A stretch of 62,278 nucleotides of DNA. It comes from an uncultured Nitrososphaerota archaeon (GTDB lineage: Archaea; Asgardarchaeota; Njordarchaeia; Njordarchaeales; Njordarchaeaceae). Below the pieces are notes generated by a model, which made no database searches, was not told the DNA's origin, and was given only the letters and a program-made list of their open reading frames with translations. Of the stretch, positions 47,931 through 58,714 are shown piece after piece. The number at the start of each line of letters is the position of its first letter. The stretch's first letter is position 1. A program made the position numbers and the translations under genes. The stretch is taken from NCBI GenBank assembly GCA_964518475.1, contig CAZFGR010000010.1, positions 1-62,278 of the forward strand. The letters run 5' to 3'.

Positions 47931-49907
47931 TTAAAGAGAAAAGAAAATGTCTTTTAACTTATTAATTATTCTGAGTCTCTTTGTTTTCTCATATTTAATG
48001 TTGTTGATATACTCTGTGATCAGTGTATCATATTCATCTTTTTTCACCTCACCTCTCAAAAACGCCTCCGCTTCCTCGAGAATCATACGTCTTATAATTG
48101 TCAACCTTCCCTCGATCCTCTTTAATTCAATTGCATCACTCCTAAGTTCGGGGAATTGCACCATGACTCGTTCAAGCAAGCTAAAGATCCTCTTTCTTCT
48201 CTTATAAGTTTCTTGCAACTTACTTCGGAGATCAGCAAGTACAGCCCCAGAAGGCCTTCTTCCAAGTACTTCAGTATATATTTTCTCATCTAGTTCATTT
48301 TCTACTGCTATGTATTCTTCATAAGATTGAATCAGTTGAGATATGGTTCCGAGAATCCTTTTCGTTCGAGGGATTTCTTCTAACGTTTCCTTCTTTTTCT
48401 CGGAAAGGGTGGCTGTGATCATTAATGAGAATGATACAATAGGTATAAGCATCATCACTAGTAGTCCAATAATGTTGAGAAGAGGCATTACAGTTATCTG
48501 AATTGTTATCTCTATAACTGAGTTATCGGGTGGCAAAAGTCCAGCAAAAGCATAACTTTGCTCATTATAATTGACAAGACCCCCTCCCAAGACTCTTTGA
48601 GACTTATTAAAACTCAGATCTGTTCTAATATGTTTGAGATTTACGTTTGTCTCATAACTACTTAGTATTCTAAGGGTATAAAATCCGATCGTAGCATTTA
48701 TTACGGGTGCCAGAGGTATCTGCGATAATACTATACTATCATTCTCTATAGATGGCGAGAACGTATAAGTTATTGAGAACCTATATAATTCATTACCGAT
48801 TACCGGCGCTCTAAATTTGACCTCTATAAATGTGATGTTTTCCAGTTTGCCTTCGCCTTGTTTTTCTGTTACCTCTAGTTTTCCTAAATCATCATAAGCT
48901 TGGATATCTTTAACATTCTCTGCTAGTCCTATTTCTATTTTCCATGTGCCCCATTTAGCAGATATCGTTTCTATGTTTGTTACTGGTGCTATTGCTTCTA
49001 CGAAAAATTCGTCACGCACTCTCAATTCACTATTAAGGCTTACTCTTATCTCTCTATTAATTAACGTGAATCTCAATGGTAAGAAGACGTATCCTTCAGG
49101 AGAAATTGTTTTTAACTTATATAGATAATGGAATTTTGTTAATCTACTAGTGGGTGTAGAAATATTAAATGGCTTAATCTTATATTCTAACCAATAAACT
49201 TCTTGGCCAACCTTTGATTTTCCCTCTGTAGGTTCTATTTTATCGAATGTTGTCGCAATATCTCCGGTTTTTGGTGCGATAATAGAAATTTTTGCTTTAT
49301 CGATTTCGTAAGGAATAAGGGGCATCTTATAACTCTCTAGGTAACAGTAAATGTCTTTATTATTAGGGCTATCTAACCATGCAATATTGGGCATTTCCGC
49401 TAAGACCATAATTGTATAGTTTTCTTCCTCATAAATCGGTCTTCCAAATATTACTGCTAAACCAATATAATCTTGTGTGAATACATAGATTCTCCACTGG
49501 ATGGGTCTATAATCTTCACTCATGAATTTACCAATCACTCTGACATAATTCATTTCCTTCCAGAAGTCTCGAGGGTAATATACGAGGAAAGTATTAAACG
49601 GTTTTTTATCATGATTCGTTATAATAACGGTCTCGTTAAATGACACTAGAAGGTGATCACTTATCGAGAAAACTCTATAAACGTGAATAGTCATATTCTG
49701 ATGTTGTGATGGGAAAATGAGTTCCTGAGAAGTTGTTAACTCTGTTGTTGAGCTTTCCATTCTTACTGTATGGTTTAAATACTTATTCAAAGACTTCTCC
49801 TTATTCGCTATGGGAAGCAGAATGCTTGAGAATAATAGTTGAACGACTAGTAGAGATAACAATGCACGAGTGATTACTGATCTCCTATTTATTCTTGTCC
49901 AACGCAT
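47931..49907 (-). CDS. Ribophorin I (OST1/RPN1)-like membrane protein
   Basis: Signal/TM, two beta-rich repeats (VYRVFSI..VSFNETVII; INREIRVS..LRVRDEF), AYDDLG, EVKFRAPV.G...RFSITY, one TM, C-terminal helical domain. Confidence 0.75.
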   Translation of the reverse strand: MRWTRINRRSVITRALLSLLVVQLLFSSILLPIANKEKSLNKYLNHTVRMESSTTELTTSQELIFPSQHQNMTIHVYRVFSISDHLLVSFNETVIITNHDKKPFNTFLVYYPRDFWKEMNYVRVIGKFMSEDYRPIQWRIYVFTQDYIGLAVIFGRPIYEEENYTIMVLAEMPNIAWLDSPNNKDIYCYLESYKMPLIPYEIDKAKISIIAPKTGDIATTFDKIEPTEGKSKVGQEVYWLEYKIKPFNISTPTSRLTKFHYLYKLKTISPEGYVFLPLRFTLINREIRVSLNSELRVRDEFFVEAIAPVTNIETISAKWGTWKIEIGLAENVKDIQAYDDLGKLEVTEKQGEGKLENITFIEVKFRAPVIGNELYRFSITYTFSPSIENDSIVLSQIPLAPVINATIGFYTLRILSSYETNVNLKHIRTDLSFNKSQRVLGGGLVNYNEQSYAFAGLLPPDNSVIEITIQITVMPLLNIIGLLVMMLIPIVSFSLMITATLSEKKKETLEEIPRTKRILGTISQLIQSYEEYIAVENELDEKIYTEVLGRRPSGAVLADLRSKLQETYKRRKRIFSLLERVMVQFPELRSDAIELKRIEGRLTIIRRMILEEAEAFLRGEVKKDEYDTLITEYINNIKYEKTKRLRIINKLKDIFFSL

Positions 49908-49969
49908 TTATTCCCCGCCTCCAACTATTATCACAGTATTATCACTATTTGTTTTCTCTGATTAATCTT

Positions 49970-51124
49970 TCAATCTACATAGATGGTTATGATGTCACCA
50001 TCCTCTAATTTAAACCCTAGACCTACTCTCATTTTCCGTATTTTTGAATGTTTGCGTTCCAAAACAGCAAATTTAAACCTTCTAATAAAGTCACTATGAA
50101 TTCTCTCAGCCACATCTCTAACTGTAGCACCTTCCTTTAGAACGATAGCTCTCTCTGGAATCACACCATTTTTCCGCGTCCATACACGAATTAACCTTAG
50201 CTCTTTCATAATCGCTTTTCCTATTTCTGCGAAACCAATATTTTTTATTGCTGACGTCGGAATAACTAGGAGATTTTTGGCTAGTTCTCTTAATTTATTA
50301 TATGCTAGAAATGATCCAGGTAGATCTCCTTTAGTAGCGATAATTATGGCTTTCTTAAAGACTGTTCTTCTATCTAGCGCGTTAATTATGTCTTCCTCAT
50401 CTACTTTTCCATAGATTTCTAGTATGCAGTTATGAACTCCCATATTTTCAAGCAATTCTTTAAGTTCTTCTACCGAAAAAGACGTATATTGAGCGCCATA
50501 TATCTGGATTCCACCTTTAGGTACTTTGATGAACCTTATTGGAGGCTGAGGACGATCAATAATTATTCGCGCTTCTTTAAACACTTTAAGGAGAGTGTTC
50601 ACTTGCCATTCTATATCTTGCGATAAATCAATCACTAAACCAATTATATCGGCGTTTCTAGCTATGGATAATAACGTTCTTCCATTAGGAGTTTCATCTA
50701 TATTCTCTGAAATTATTGGGGGGAGATCAATTACTTGAATCCAAACCCCCTCAAACTTATATATTCCTACATTGGGTGATGAAGTACTTTTTCCAAGGTC
50801 TTTTTCATTCCCAGTTAATATATTGAAAAGAGAGGTTTTTCCAGCACCTGGCAATCCTACTAGTACAAACTGTACATCTCCCTCTTTGGGAATAATAAGT
50901 TGCGATCCTCCGCCTCTTCTTTTTACAAGCTCTTGCCTTTTTGCTAGTTCTAATCGTAACTTAGTTAATGTCTTTTTTGCATGCATTAGAAGCTTCTCTG
51001 TGCCCTTATGTTTAGGCGTCAAAGCAATAAATTCTTCTAGAGCCTTTATTTTTTCCTCAATTTTTTTAGCTTCTAAATAACGCTGATACGCCGCCTTTGC
51101 TTCTGCTGGAAGATTCGTTGGCAT
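49970..51124 (-). CDS. DRG/OBG family GTPase with TGS domain
   Basis: MPTNLPAEAK, PKHKGTEKL, GLPGAGKTS, TKGD, TVRDVAERIH. Confidence 0.93.
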   Translation of the reverse strand: MPTNLPAEAKAAYQRYLEAKKIEEKIKALEEFIALTPKHKGTEKLLMHAKKTLTKLRLELAKRQELVKRRGGGSQLIIPKEGDVQFVLVGLPGAGKTSLFNILTGNEKDLGKSTSSPNVGIYKFEGVWIQVIDLPPIISENIDETPNGRTLLSIARNADIIGLVIDLSQDIEWQVNTLLKVFKEARIIIDRPQPPIRFIKVPKGGIQIYGAQYTSFSVEELKELLENMGVHNCILEIYGKVDEEDIINALDRRTVFKKAIIIATKGDLPGSFLAYNKLRELAKNLLVIPTSAIKNIGFAEIGKAIMKELRLIRVWTRKNGVIPERAIVLKEGATVRDVAERIHSDFIRRFKFAVLERKHSKIRKMRVGLGFKLEDGDIITIYVD

Positions 51125-51409
51125 TTGTTTGGCACCAAAGCAACGTTTGTTTAACTCATATAACTTTATAAGAGAAACTATAATCAATATCAGAAAACTA
51201 TTTCTCGATAACATAGTAAGAATTTTTAAGATTAAAAAACAGACGTCGTCGCTTTTAAAAATTATCTAAAAATCTAAAAATAAGTATATTTAGAGAATCT
51301 AAAGAATCCTATGATACGAGTAATCCGGGAATACTAAATGATGAATCGCGTTCTTATAAATGTTGTTCAGTCAGACGCTAGATCTTTAAATTTGTGGGGC
51401 GATGGAGTT

Positions 51410-52447
51410 ATGAAGTGTGCTTTAATTTATTCTAAAGAATACGAAAGGGTAAATTATGGTCCCGATCACCCCTTTAGACCCGAAAGATTCCTCCTAACAA
51501 TAAGATTCTTTAAGAAAAAATTTCCAGAACTTCCCATCATTAAACCTAATTACATCGATTTAACATGGCTTAGAAAAGTGCACTCGGAATATTATATTGA
51601 AAAGGTAAGAAAACTAAGCGAAAAAGGCCGCGGATACTTATCAATTGATACACCTGTTTTTAAGGGAATATATGAGTGGGCACTACTTTACTGCGGAGGA
51701 AGTCTTTTAGGTGCTGAAAAAATTCTAAAAGGAGAGTACGCTGTAATATTTAATCCCTGTGGTGGCCTACATCATGCTAAGTATAATGATGATGGAGGGT
51801 TCTGTGTCTTTAATGACGTAGCCTTAGCGGCATTCTATATATTTCAGCAAAGAAGGAAGGTTGCAGTAGTTGACATAGATGCTCATGCTGGCGATGGTAC
51901 TATGCAAATTCTGTACGATAAGCCTATTCTTAAAATTAGCGTACATGAGGATCCCACTTTCTTGTATCCGGGAATAGGATTTGTGAATGAAGTGGGTGAG
52001 AAAAATGGGTATGGCTATTCACTAAATATTCCCCTTCCCCCTGGGTCTTCTGATCAAGAACTTATAGTTGTTTTTGAAGAAATAGTCATACCCGCCTTGA
52101 AACGCTATAATCCCGATTATCTAATTTTACAAAGTGGCGTTGATGGATATAGAAAAGACCCATTAACACATTTAGAATATACCGCTCATGGTTATCATGA
52201 AATAGCAACTATGTTGCGAAAACTTAACATACCAATACTAATGTTAGGCGGCGGTGGATACTATCTTCCTGCGGTTCCTATCTTGTGGGCAACTATCTTC
52301 GCTACTCTTGTAGATCTATTTGATAGAATTCAAGAAGATGCAACAAAACTTGATCCTAGCCCCTCGAAATCCAACGCAGACGTAAAAGAAATTGTTTCTC
52401 GACTCGTTGAAAATATTTTAGAGAACCACCCATTCTTTAAATCATGA
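51410..52447 (+). CDS. Histone deacetylase/AcuC family protein
   Basis: HPFRPER, GGLHHA, GFCVFND, DIDAHAGDG, GVDG..DPL, GGGGY. Confidence 0.95.
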   Translation: MKCALIYSKEYERVNYGPDHPFRPERFLLTIRFFKKKFPELPIIKPNYIDLTWLRKVHSEYYIEKVRKLSEKGRGYLSIDTPVFKGIYEWALLYCGGSLLGAEKILKGEYAVIFNPCGGLHHAKYNDDGGFCVFNDVALAAFYIFQQRRKVAVVDIDAHAGDGTMQILYDKPILKISVHEDPTFLYPGIGFVNEVGEKNGYGYSLNIPLPPGSSDQELIVVFEEIVIPALKRYNPDYLILQSGVDGYRKDPLTHLEYTAHGYHEIATMLRKLNIPILMLGGGGYYLPAVPILWATIFATLVDLFDRIQEDATKLDPSPSKSNADVKEIVSRLVENILENHPFFKS

Positions 52448-52521
52448 TTATTAAGCAGTAACAATGCTTAGTCATACCCAGATTCCAGTCCAATACAATC
52501 TAGGAACGCTTTTCCTGTTCC

Positions 52522-53235
52522 TCATTTCTCTATTTCCATAATCACGGCCTCTTCTGGACATTTTAATAAGTTATGTGGATTCTCGCTTAAACCCTTAAGG
52601 ATAGTGCTCTCCGAGACACCTAATAAAGCAAGTAAACATCTAAAACTACGTGGAGAAATCGTTTGAGCAATATCTTCAGCCCCACTAGAGAAAATGATTT
52701 TGTCGTTTATTTTCTCAAGATATTTCTTTTTCCTTCTCATCAATCCAAATATCTTAGCTCTTTCCGCTGGCTTTAGATTAAGTAATTCTTTGAATTTAAT
52801 TTCAATAAAGAGATAGCGTGCTTGCTTAAGTAGGTTAACATGTTTTTCGGAAAATACTTCAACAAAAAAGGGCAGCTCTAAAGTAATTACTGTTGGGTAT
52901 CCCTTCCTTATAGCGCTCTCTAAATCTTTTTCATTAGAAGGCGAATAGAAATATATAGCTGGGATCTCCCCGAATAGCTCGTCTATAAGCTTTTTTGTCT
53001 CTTTATGAGCTAGTTCTATTGAAATTTTTATGAAAGGTTCTGGGAACATTTTCCGAAAATATTCACTAAATAGTTTTTTAACCTTAGACTTGCTAATTTT
53101 TTCAATATCATAATACAGTTTTTGAAAAGAAATTCCTACAACTGAGAACCCTAGGTATTTTTCAAAGAGAAGCAATTCTGTTAAATTCTCGCTCGTCGGA
53201 GATGTGTGAAAATCGACAAATTTTCTCCTTGGCAA
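52522..53235 (-). CDS. rnp3: Ribonuclease P protein component 3 (Rpp30)
   Basis: FVDFH PHP-like start, IEIKFKELL, IFSSGA...SPR, LSENP; probable TTG start (ORF extends to 53325). Confidence 0.8.
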   Translation of the reverse strand: MPRRKFVDFHTSPTSENLTELLLFEKYLGFSVVGISFQKLYYDIEKISKSKVKKLFSEYFRKMFPEPFIKISIELAHKETKKLIDELFGEIPAIYFYSPSNEKDLESAIRKGYPTVITLELPFFVEVFSEKHVNLLKQARYLFIEIKFKELLNLKPAERAKIFGLMRRKKKYLEKINDKIIFSSGAEDIAQTISPRSFRCLLALLGVSESTILKGLSENPHNLLKCPEEAVIMEIEK

Positions 53236-53302
53236 TTTGCGAACCCTTTTTAGTATATTTGTGTAGATAATTCCGCTTAGTAGATTTCTTTTTTTCTTCA
53301 CT

Positions 53303-56300
53303 TTAGTGATTGAAAAAATCATCAAGATAGATAACTTTCTTTCCCTTGACTACTTCTTCATCAATTTCTGTTTTTTCGTCTTCGTATTTTTTAGCTAAGT
53401 CGCTCAACATACTTTCGATATCGCCTCCTTGCGCATTTGAAAACATTAGTAAATCAGTTTCTTTAAAAACAGTGTACCTCTGGACATTATAGGAGGTCGC
53501 CTTATATTTTTCGATAAGATCTTTCGCAAGAGGAACATATTTCAAAACGGTTTTCCGGAAAATCGTTTGTATGATTTTTCCTCCGCATTTAGTGCATTTA
53601 CCGATTAATGGCGGTCTTCTATATTTAGTGTTACAGGACGTACACCTAAATTGTTGCGTACCAAAAGCTCTTAAATTACCGAGAATATCAGGGAATAGAT
53701 GCGCTTCTAGAATCTTATCAGATACTTCAACAATATTTACGGCTGATATTTTTTCCATTAACTCGAATTGTTTCTTAATTTTATCCTTCATAGATTTTAG
53801 GGCTTTATAGGACGTAATTACCGGCCCCTCAGCAATGTTAGAAGTATTATGCGAGAAGTAGAACCCGTAATATTGCTCGGGCTTTCCTAATTTTTTCTCT
53901 ACATTCATGATTAATTTCTCGATTTCATCTGGTTTTGGAAAGTGTTGCGACATTCTATAGAACTCTAGAGGAATTCTCTGCATCGTATCCATATTATAAA
54001 CCTCACTATCCACTTCTAATGGATTAAGTATTACAGTCACTACTAATGGGGCATCCATCATTCCTCCACGCGTCTTAGGGAGATATTCACGGGAAAAATT
54101 TATTAATGCATCTAGAAGTAGGATTATCGCGTCTTCATCTCCATCGCAATTTCTTCTTTTTGCTGCATGCCAATATGGATGAGCAAATGTTCCTCGAACT
54201 CTGGTGAAACCTATTATTCTACCAATTATCCCCGCAGAAGTGTGGGGAGCTAATCCAATAACTAGGTGACCTATCAGGTCTTCCTTAGACTTCACATTAT
54301 AGAATGGTTCCAAACCATAAAACCTAACTAATAGTTCATCAACAAACTTCGCAACTCTAACCAAATATTCTGCAGCATCTTCATTTATTATAACATCTTG
54401 AACTTTCAATTCCACTATTTGATCATCATGCTCCAGAGGATCTCCATAAATATCATGCGTATAGCCTAGAGATCTCAACTTCTCAATAGATACACCTATT
54501 TCTTTCGGCTTAAAATGTGTTAGAGGAATATCAGTAGCATCAAATCTTATTGTACCATCCTTGAAAACATACAACCCATATTTACCTCTCAATACACCTT
54601 TTTCTAAGGGTTCTGGTATCTTTTTTTCTGAAGTTAAGCCTATAACTCCCTTAAGCTCCTTTGGAGTAGACACTTTTAATCTCGTTACAGCTTCCTGAAG
54701 AACTTTTGCAATATCTATAGTGTATGTCCTATACACAACCATTCTTATTCCACATGTAGGACATATTCGCGGTTCAGTAGCTTCTTTACCACATTTAGGA
54801 CAAGAATACTTAAGGATTGTTTTACCCCCACATTTCGGACAGTTATTCTTATATGTATAAATACCACATCTTTTGCAGTATCTATTAACGGCTTCAATTT
54901 TACTCTTTTGTTTATTGAGAGCTGCCCTTATTATAGATCTCGACTTAGTACCAATTTTTCCTATTGGAAATAGAACGTGTACGGGAGGCTTCATCATACG
55001 CTCTTTTGCTTTTTCAGGTCTACCCATTCTTGCGCCAATAAAGACTGGATATTTGTCTTTAATATCGATTCCCGAAAGATTTACTATTACTAATCCATCT
55101 TGTTTTGGATCAACTTCAGAGGGCACTCTTCGCATTAACTCTTTAAGCGCTATGAAATCTTCTTTCCTCAGCACTATCTTCCCATTATTTATTGTATGTT
55201 CTAGAAATAGTTTCTCGAGTATCTCCTTAAGTTGTGCATTATACTCCAAAACGTTATTGCTGGATTTTTCAATAATTTCTTTCAAAAAAACGAATTCTTC
55301 TCCTGTGATATTCCTCCAAAAGTATACCCATCTAGGGTGTAGCGGAATTTTTAACTTTTCAGAAAGAGAGAAAGCAAAGATGGGATCATTTAAAGCTTTA
55401 TTGATAAGATCATCTAAATTCATTTGATCCGTGCTCCATCCCTTATTCTTTACTGCATTCTCAAGCTCCTGAATCCACCATTCTTCTACAATAGGAGATG
55501 GAAGTATTACATGGTTATTCTCTAAAAACTCTCCAATAGCGATTAGAATGTCACCAAGAAAGAGAATCTTCTCGATATCTTTTCTAATCTCTTTAGCCTT
55601 TTTAACGCTATTAACGGATACTACAGATCCATCTTTTAGTTTAACTAGAGGTGGCAAAACAGAGTCAACCGGTAAGACAACAGCTCCTTTTCCAGGTCTT
55701 TCAGTCTTTATTTGAGTCCCTATTGCCAAGAATTCCTCTAAGATGTACATTGTTGCGGGATGTATACCTACAGCTGCCAAGCCCGTATTTCTTGATCGTC
55801 CGTATCTCAATCTAAAACCGCCAATAGCGGAGGGAGAAGCAAAAACCGGTCTTCCAGCTATAACATCACTTAAATATGTATAGTCAGGAGTTATCTTTTT
55901 TTCTTCGTCTTCTTTACTCTCTTCCACATTCTCATCGTCAGATTTAGAGACTAATTTTTCTAGCCATTCCCAACCGCTGACATTATATCTCTCAACGATC
56001 TTAAGAACTTTCTTCGCTTTCGCTATCAGACCATCATTTATTGCTAAAACAGCGCCACCCCTAACTTTGCTCGTTTCGATATCTGGTAAATTTCTATAAG
56101 GCCCCGAAACCTCCACTTCAAGAGTAGCTTCTCCGGTTACTTCAACCGGCAGATTCTTCATAACATATACTATTTTATCCCTATCCACTGGATACTGGAG
56201 GCTTGCATATCGATTATATAGTACGACTTCTTCAACAAACCTTTCGATAACTTTTTCAGGTGCCTTGTATTCTGGTAATCCTAATGTACGTCGAACGATA

Positions 56301-56797
56301 TCTGCTATAACTATTGTAAGTGCTGTTTCAGTACCTCCAGCTGATCTAATAGGACCTGCATAATATACCGCTAAATGGCCATCTTTTCTAATCTTTACGT
56401 GCGTAATACCTTCGAGGGGGGCTGCGGTTATTCCATTAACTAAAATCGCTGTAGCTGTCTTTATTGCTTGCTCGGCTCTTTTTTCTATTTCTTCAATGCC
56501 ATATTTTCCTTCGGCAATCTCTTTAGCTATTATGAATGCTATCTCTTCAGTTTCTTTACCTTCTTTTAAGAGCTCTCTTATACGCTCTGCTATTCCAGGG
56601 GGCCCCACCATGGCTTCTACTCTAGAAGCCATATCAGTAGCAATCTTTATTTCTGGAAATGGTTGTGGATCATACCCTTTCTCTCGTGCTCGTTGAGCAA
56701 CTTTATAAGCTTCTGAGACCTTTTCAAGGAGCTCGAGGAAATACCCTTCTAGTTCTTTTGGTATTTTTAGCTCTCTAAGATTCTCTAAGTTTATCAC
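53303..56797 (-). CDS. polC: DNA polymerase D large subunit DP2
   Basis: AGPIRSAGGT, GFRLRYGRSR, RMGRPEKA, KRRNCDGDED, Zn fingers, PIP-like LDDFF; no intein. Confidence 0.98.
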   Translation of the reverse strand: MINLENLRELKIPKELEGYFLELLEKVSEAYKVAQRAREKGYDPQPFPEIKIATDMASRVEAMVGPPGIAERIRELLKEGKETEEIAFIIAKEIAEGKYGIEEIEKRAEQAIKTATAILVNGITAAPLEGITHVKIRKDGHLAVYYAGPIRSAGGTETALTIVIADIVRRTLGLPEYKAPEKVIERFVEEVVLYNRYASLQYPVDRDKIVYVMKNLPVEVTGEATLEVEVSGPYRNLPDIETSKVRGGAVLAINDGLIAKAKKVLKIVERYNVSGWEWLEKLVSKSDDENVEESKEDEEKKITPDYTYLSDVIAGRPVFASPSAIGGFRLRYGRSRNTGLAAVGIHPATMYILEEFLAIGTQIKTERPGKGAVVLPVDSVLPPLVKLKDGSVVSVNSVKKAKEIRKDIEKILFLGDILIAIGEFLENNHVILPSPIVEEWWIQELENAVKNKGWSTDQMNLDDLINKALNDPIFAFSLSEKLKIPLHPRWVYFWRNITGEEFVFLKEIIEKSSNNVLEYNAQLKEILEKLFLEHTINNGKIVLRKEDFIALKELMRRVPSEVDPKQDGLVIVNLSGIDIKDKYPVFIGARMGRPEKAKERMMKPPVHVLFPIGKIGTKSRSIIRAALNKQKSKIEAVNRYCKRCGIYTYKNNCPKCGGKTILKYSCPKCGKEATEPRICPTCGIRMVVYRTYTIDIAKVLQEAVTRLKVSTPKELKGVIGLTSEKKIPEPLEKGVLRGKYGLYVFKDGTIRFDATDIPLTHFKPKEIGVSIEKLRSLGYTHDIYGDPLEHDDQIVELKVQDVIINEDAAEYLVRVAKFVDELLVRFYGLEPFYNVKSKEDLIGHLVIGLAPHTSAGIIGRIIGFTRVRGTFAHPYWHAAKRRNCDGDEDAIILLLDALINFSREYLPKTRGGMMDAPLVVTVILNPLEVDSEVYNMDTMQRIPLEFYRMSQHFPKPDEIEKLIMNVEKKLGKPEQYYGFYFSHNTSNIAEGPVITSYKALKSMKDKIKKQFELMEKISAVNIVEVSDKILEAHLFPDILGNLRAFGTQQFRCTSCNTKYRRPPLIGKCTKCGGKIIQTIFRKTVLKYVPLAKDLIEKYKATSYNVQRYTVFKETDLLMFSNAQGGDIESMLSDLAKKYEDEKTEIDEEVVKGKKVIYLDDFFNH

Positions 56798-56952
56798 TTC
56801 TAACGCCCACTTAGAATAGTTTCAAATAAAAGCTTAGGGATCAATCTTTGCACCAATAAACTTTGACGATCTACTTTCATAGTGGTGTCTTCAACTAATT
56901 GTATTTGAACTAAAGCAATATTGGAATCTTACAATTAAGCCATTATACAATG

Positions 56953-58221
56953 TTACGCTAAAGATGCTGAGATGCCTTTTAACACCTCGACAATATCTCT
57001 GATTTTAGCATCAGTTTTAATACCCCTTGGATTAAAATGTGTTCTACTAGCTTCAAATCCTCTTCTTCTAAGCTCATCTACCACCATATTAATTGAGGGA
57101 GTAGACATTCTTAATCGTCTAGCAATTTCTTGGAGATCATAAAAGAAGGGTATATGAGGAGCAGAAAGTTCCCATTCAAAAATTCTTCTAATCAGTTTTG
57201 CATTCCTTTGATTTATGTTTAGATGATCTAAGTTCTTTAGCATCATTCTAGAAAATTCCTCTTCGAAAATTTTACCAACCCATAAAGGACCAAGAATCTC
57301 CGTAACTCCATGCTCTTTGATTTCACACAATGAGGAAGGTCTATTTTGCAGCCCTTTACTAATATAATACTCTGTGCAGATATTACAGAACGCCACCCAT
57401 CCAACATTCTCCCAGAATTTATCAGCTTCCTTCCTACCACGTTTAATAAGAAATCCTAGTTTTATAAAATGGTGTGTAAAAATTCCAAAAATGGGAATAA
57501 CTCTTCTTGCCAAAATACTTGCTTCTCGACCAACGAAATAGATAAGGGCTCTTATCGCCACTTCTTTATTGAAAGGACTCTTTATTAGGTAACATCCATA
57601 CTTCCTCATTGCTGCATTGGTAAATTTGCCGACAAGTGGCGCAGTATCTGTAGCCGTTACTAGTAACATACCTCCTTTGCTTTTTAAGCATCTGATCGCG
57701 TTGTAAATGAAGCGCGCAGGAGAACCATATGGATCAATCTCGATAATATCCGGTTTTCTTCTATCATTGCATAGTTTTGCGAAGAGATAGTTAGCTTCAT
57801 AGTTAGTGATTATCAATCTGTTATCGGTTATGCTTAATTGAGCAGCGTTAAAATGCATAAGATCTTTGCTTAGGTTATCTATATCATTCATTATTACTTC
57901 AAGGCGTGGATCATTTATCTCGTTTAATAATCTAAAGCCTCTTATCCCAGTACCAGCCAGTGCTTCCACATATAATATTTTTCCATCGTTCTCGGAGATT
58001 TCTTGTGATAAATCAAGATAAGTCTTAACTGCTAATATAGTTAGATCTCTATTTATCTCCATAACGGGATTATAGAAAACTGGGAGAGCCGTTGGGATGT
58101 ACTCTGATTTATTCTTAACGTAGTACAGTGGATCTGGTACAAATACGTCTGTTGTTCCTTCTCTAACTTTTCTTAGATGAATCCCCTTAAAGACCACTGT
58201 CTCACTAAGAAATTTTACCAA
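56953..58221 (-). CDS. trm1: tRNA (guanine(26)-N2)-dimethyltransferase
   Basis: VFYNPVMEINRD, LAGTGIRG, IDPYGSP, VTATD, SRTHF. Confidence 0.96.
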   Translation of the reverse strand: MVKFLSETVVFKGIHLRKVREGTTDVFVPDPLYYVKNKSEYIPTALPVFYNPVMEINRDLTILAVKTYLDLSQEISENDGKILYVEALAGTGIRGFRLLNEINDPRLEVIMNDIDNLSKDLMHFNAAQLSITDNRLIITNYEANYLFAKLCNDRRKPDIIEIDPYGSPARFIYNAIRCLKSKGGMLLVTATDTAPLVGKFTNAAMRKYGCYLIKSPFNKEVAIRALIYFVGREASILARRVIPIFGIFTHHFIKLGFLIKRGRKEADKFWENVGWVAFCNICTEYYISKGLQNRPSSLCEIKEHGVTEILGPLWVGKIFEEEFSRMMLKNLDHLNINQRNAKLIRRIFEWELSAPHIPFFYDLQEIARRLRMSTPSINMVVDELRRRGFEASRTHFNPRGIKTDAKIRDIVEVLKGISASLA

Positions 58222-58240
58222 AAATTATCACCAAGAATGC

Positions 58241-58621
58241 CTATTCTTTCATCATTGCTAGTTTTAGCTTATGGTACCTAAACTCTCTTAGCCAATAATC
58301 CAAGTATGAACATTTCTCAGGCGCGTATAGTGCTCCTCCCACATAACATTCATAAAGATGTTCGCATGCTAAACAAGGAAATGTCTGTATTGCGTTATTG
58401 AACATATCTCTCCTCTTCACCATTACTTTTCCTTCATTATCACTATCATACTCTATGAGGTAAAATCTATGCAAAGTTTCCAGAGCTGAATCTATGTCAG
58501 ATGATTTAAACCCTCTAGCACCTACTATTTCGTATATCTTAGAAAGAGAGACTCCATTCTTTTGCTTTCTTAGAAAAGACCATATAACTGATATTAGGTC
58601 GTGCTCTTTTACTACTTTCAT
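58241..58621 (-). CDS. RPC34/TFE-beta-like protein (winged helix plus Fe-S domain)
   Basis: N-terminal wHTH; C-terminal PCLACEHLYEC...PEKCSYLDYW; upstream of trm1. Confidence 0.82.
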   Translation of the reverse strand: MKVVKEHDLISVIWSFLRKQKNGVSLSKIYEIVGARGFKSSDIDSALETLHRFYLIEYDSDNEGKVMVKRRDMFNNAIQTFPCLACEHLYECYVGGALYAPEKCSYLDYWLREFRYHKLKLAMMKE

Positions 58622-58714
58622 AGTTATACCCAGGCAAAAACATTTGCTTTAGTGCTAATTTACTCCTGATAATGATGTGCTAGAGTAGTATTAATTGTCC
58701 AAAAGGGATTAAAA

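Noticed and set aside
49970-51124. DRG GTPase G3 reads DLPP instead of DxxG
   Set aside because: As I recall, this archaeal MPTNLP-type subfamily often has a degenerate G3, so not treated as novel
51310-51380. ATGATGA box upstream of the HDAC gene
   Set aside because: No properly spaced CTGA D box
53303-56797. Intein in DP2
   Set aside because: The KRRNCDGDED site is uninterrupted and the length is normal
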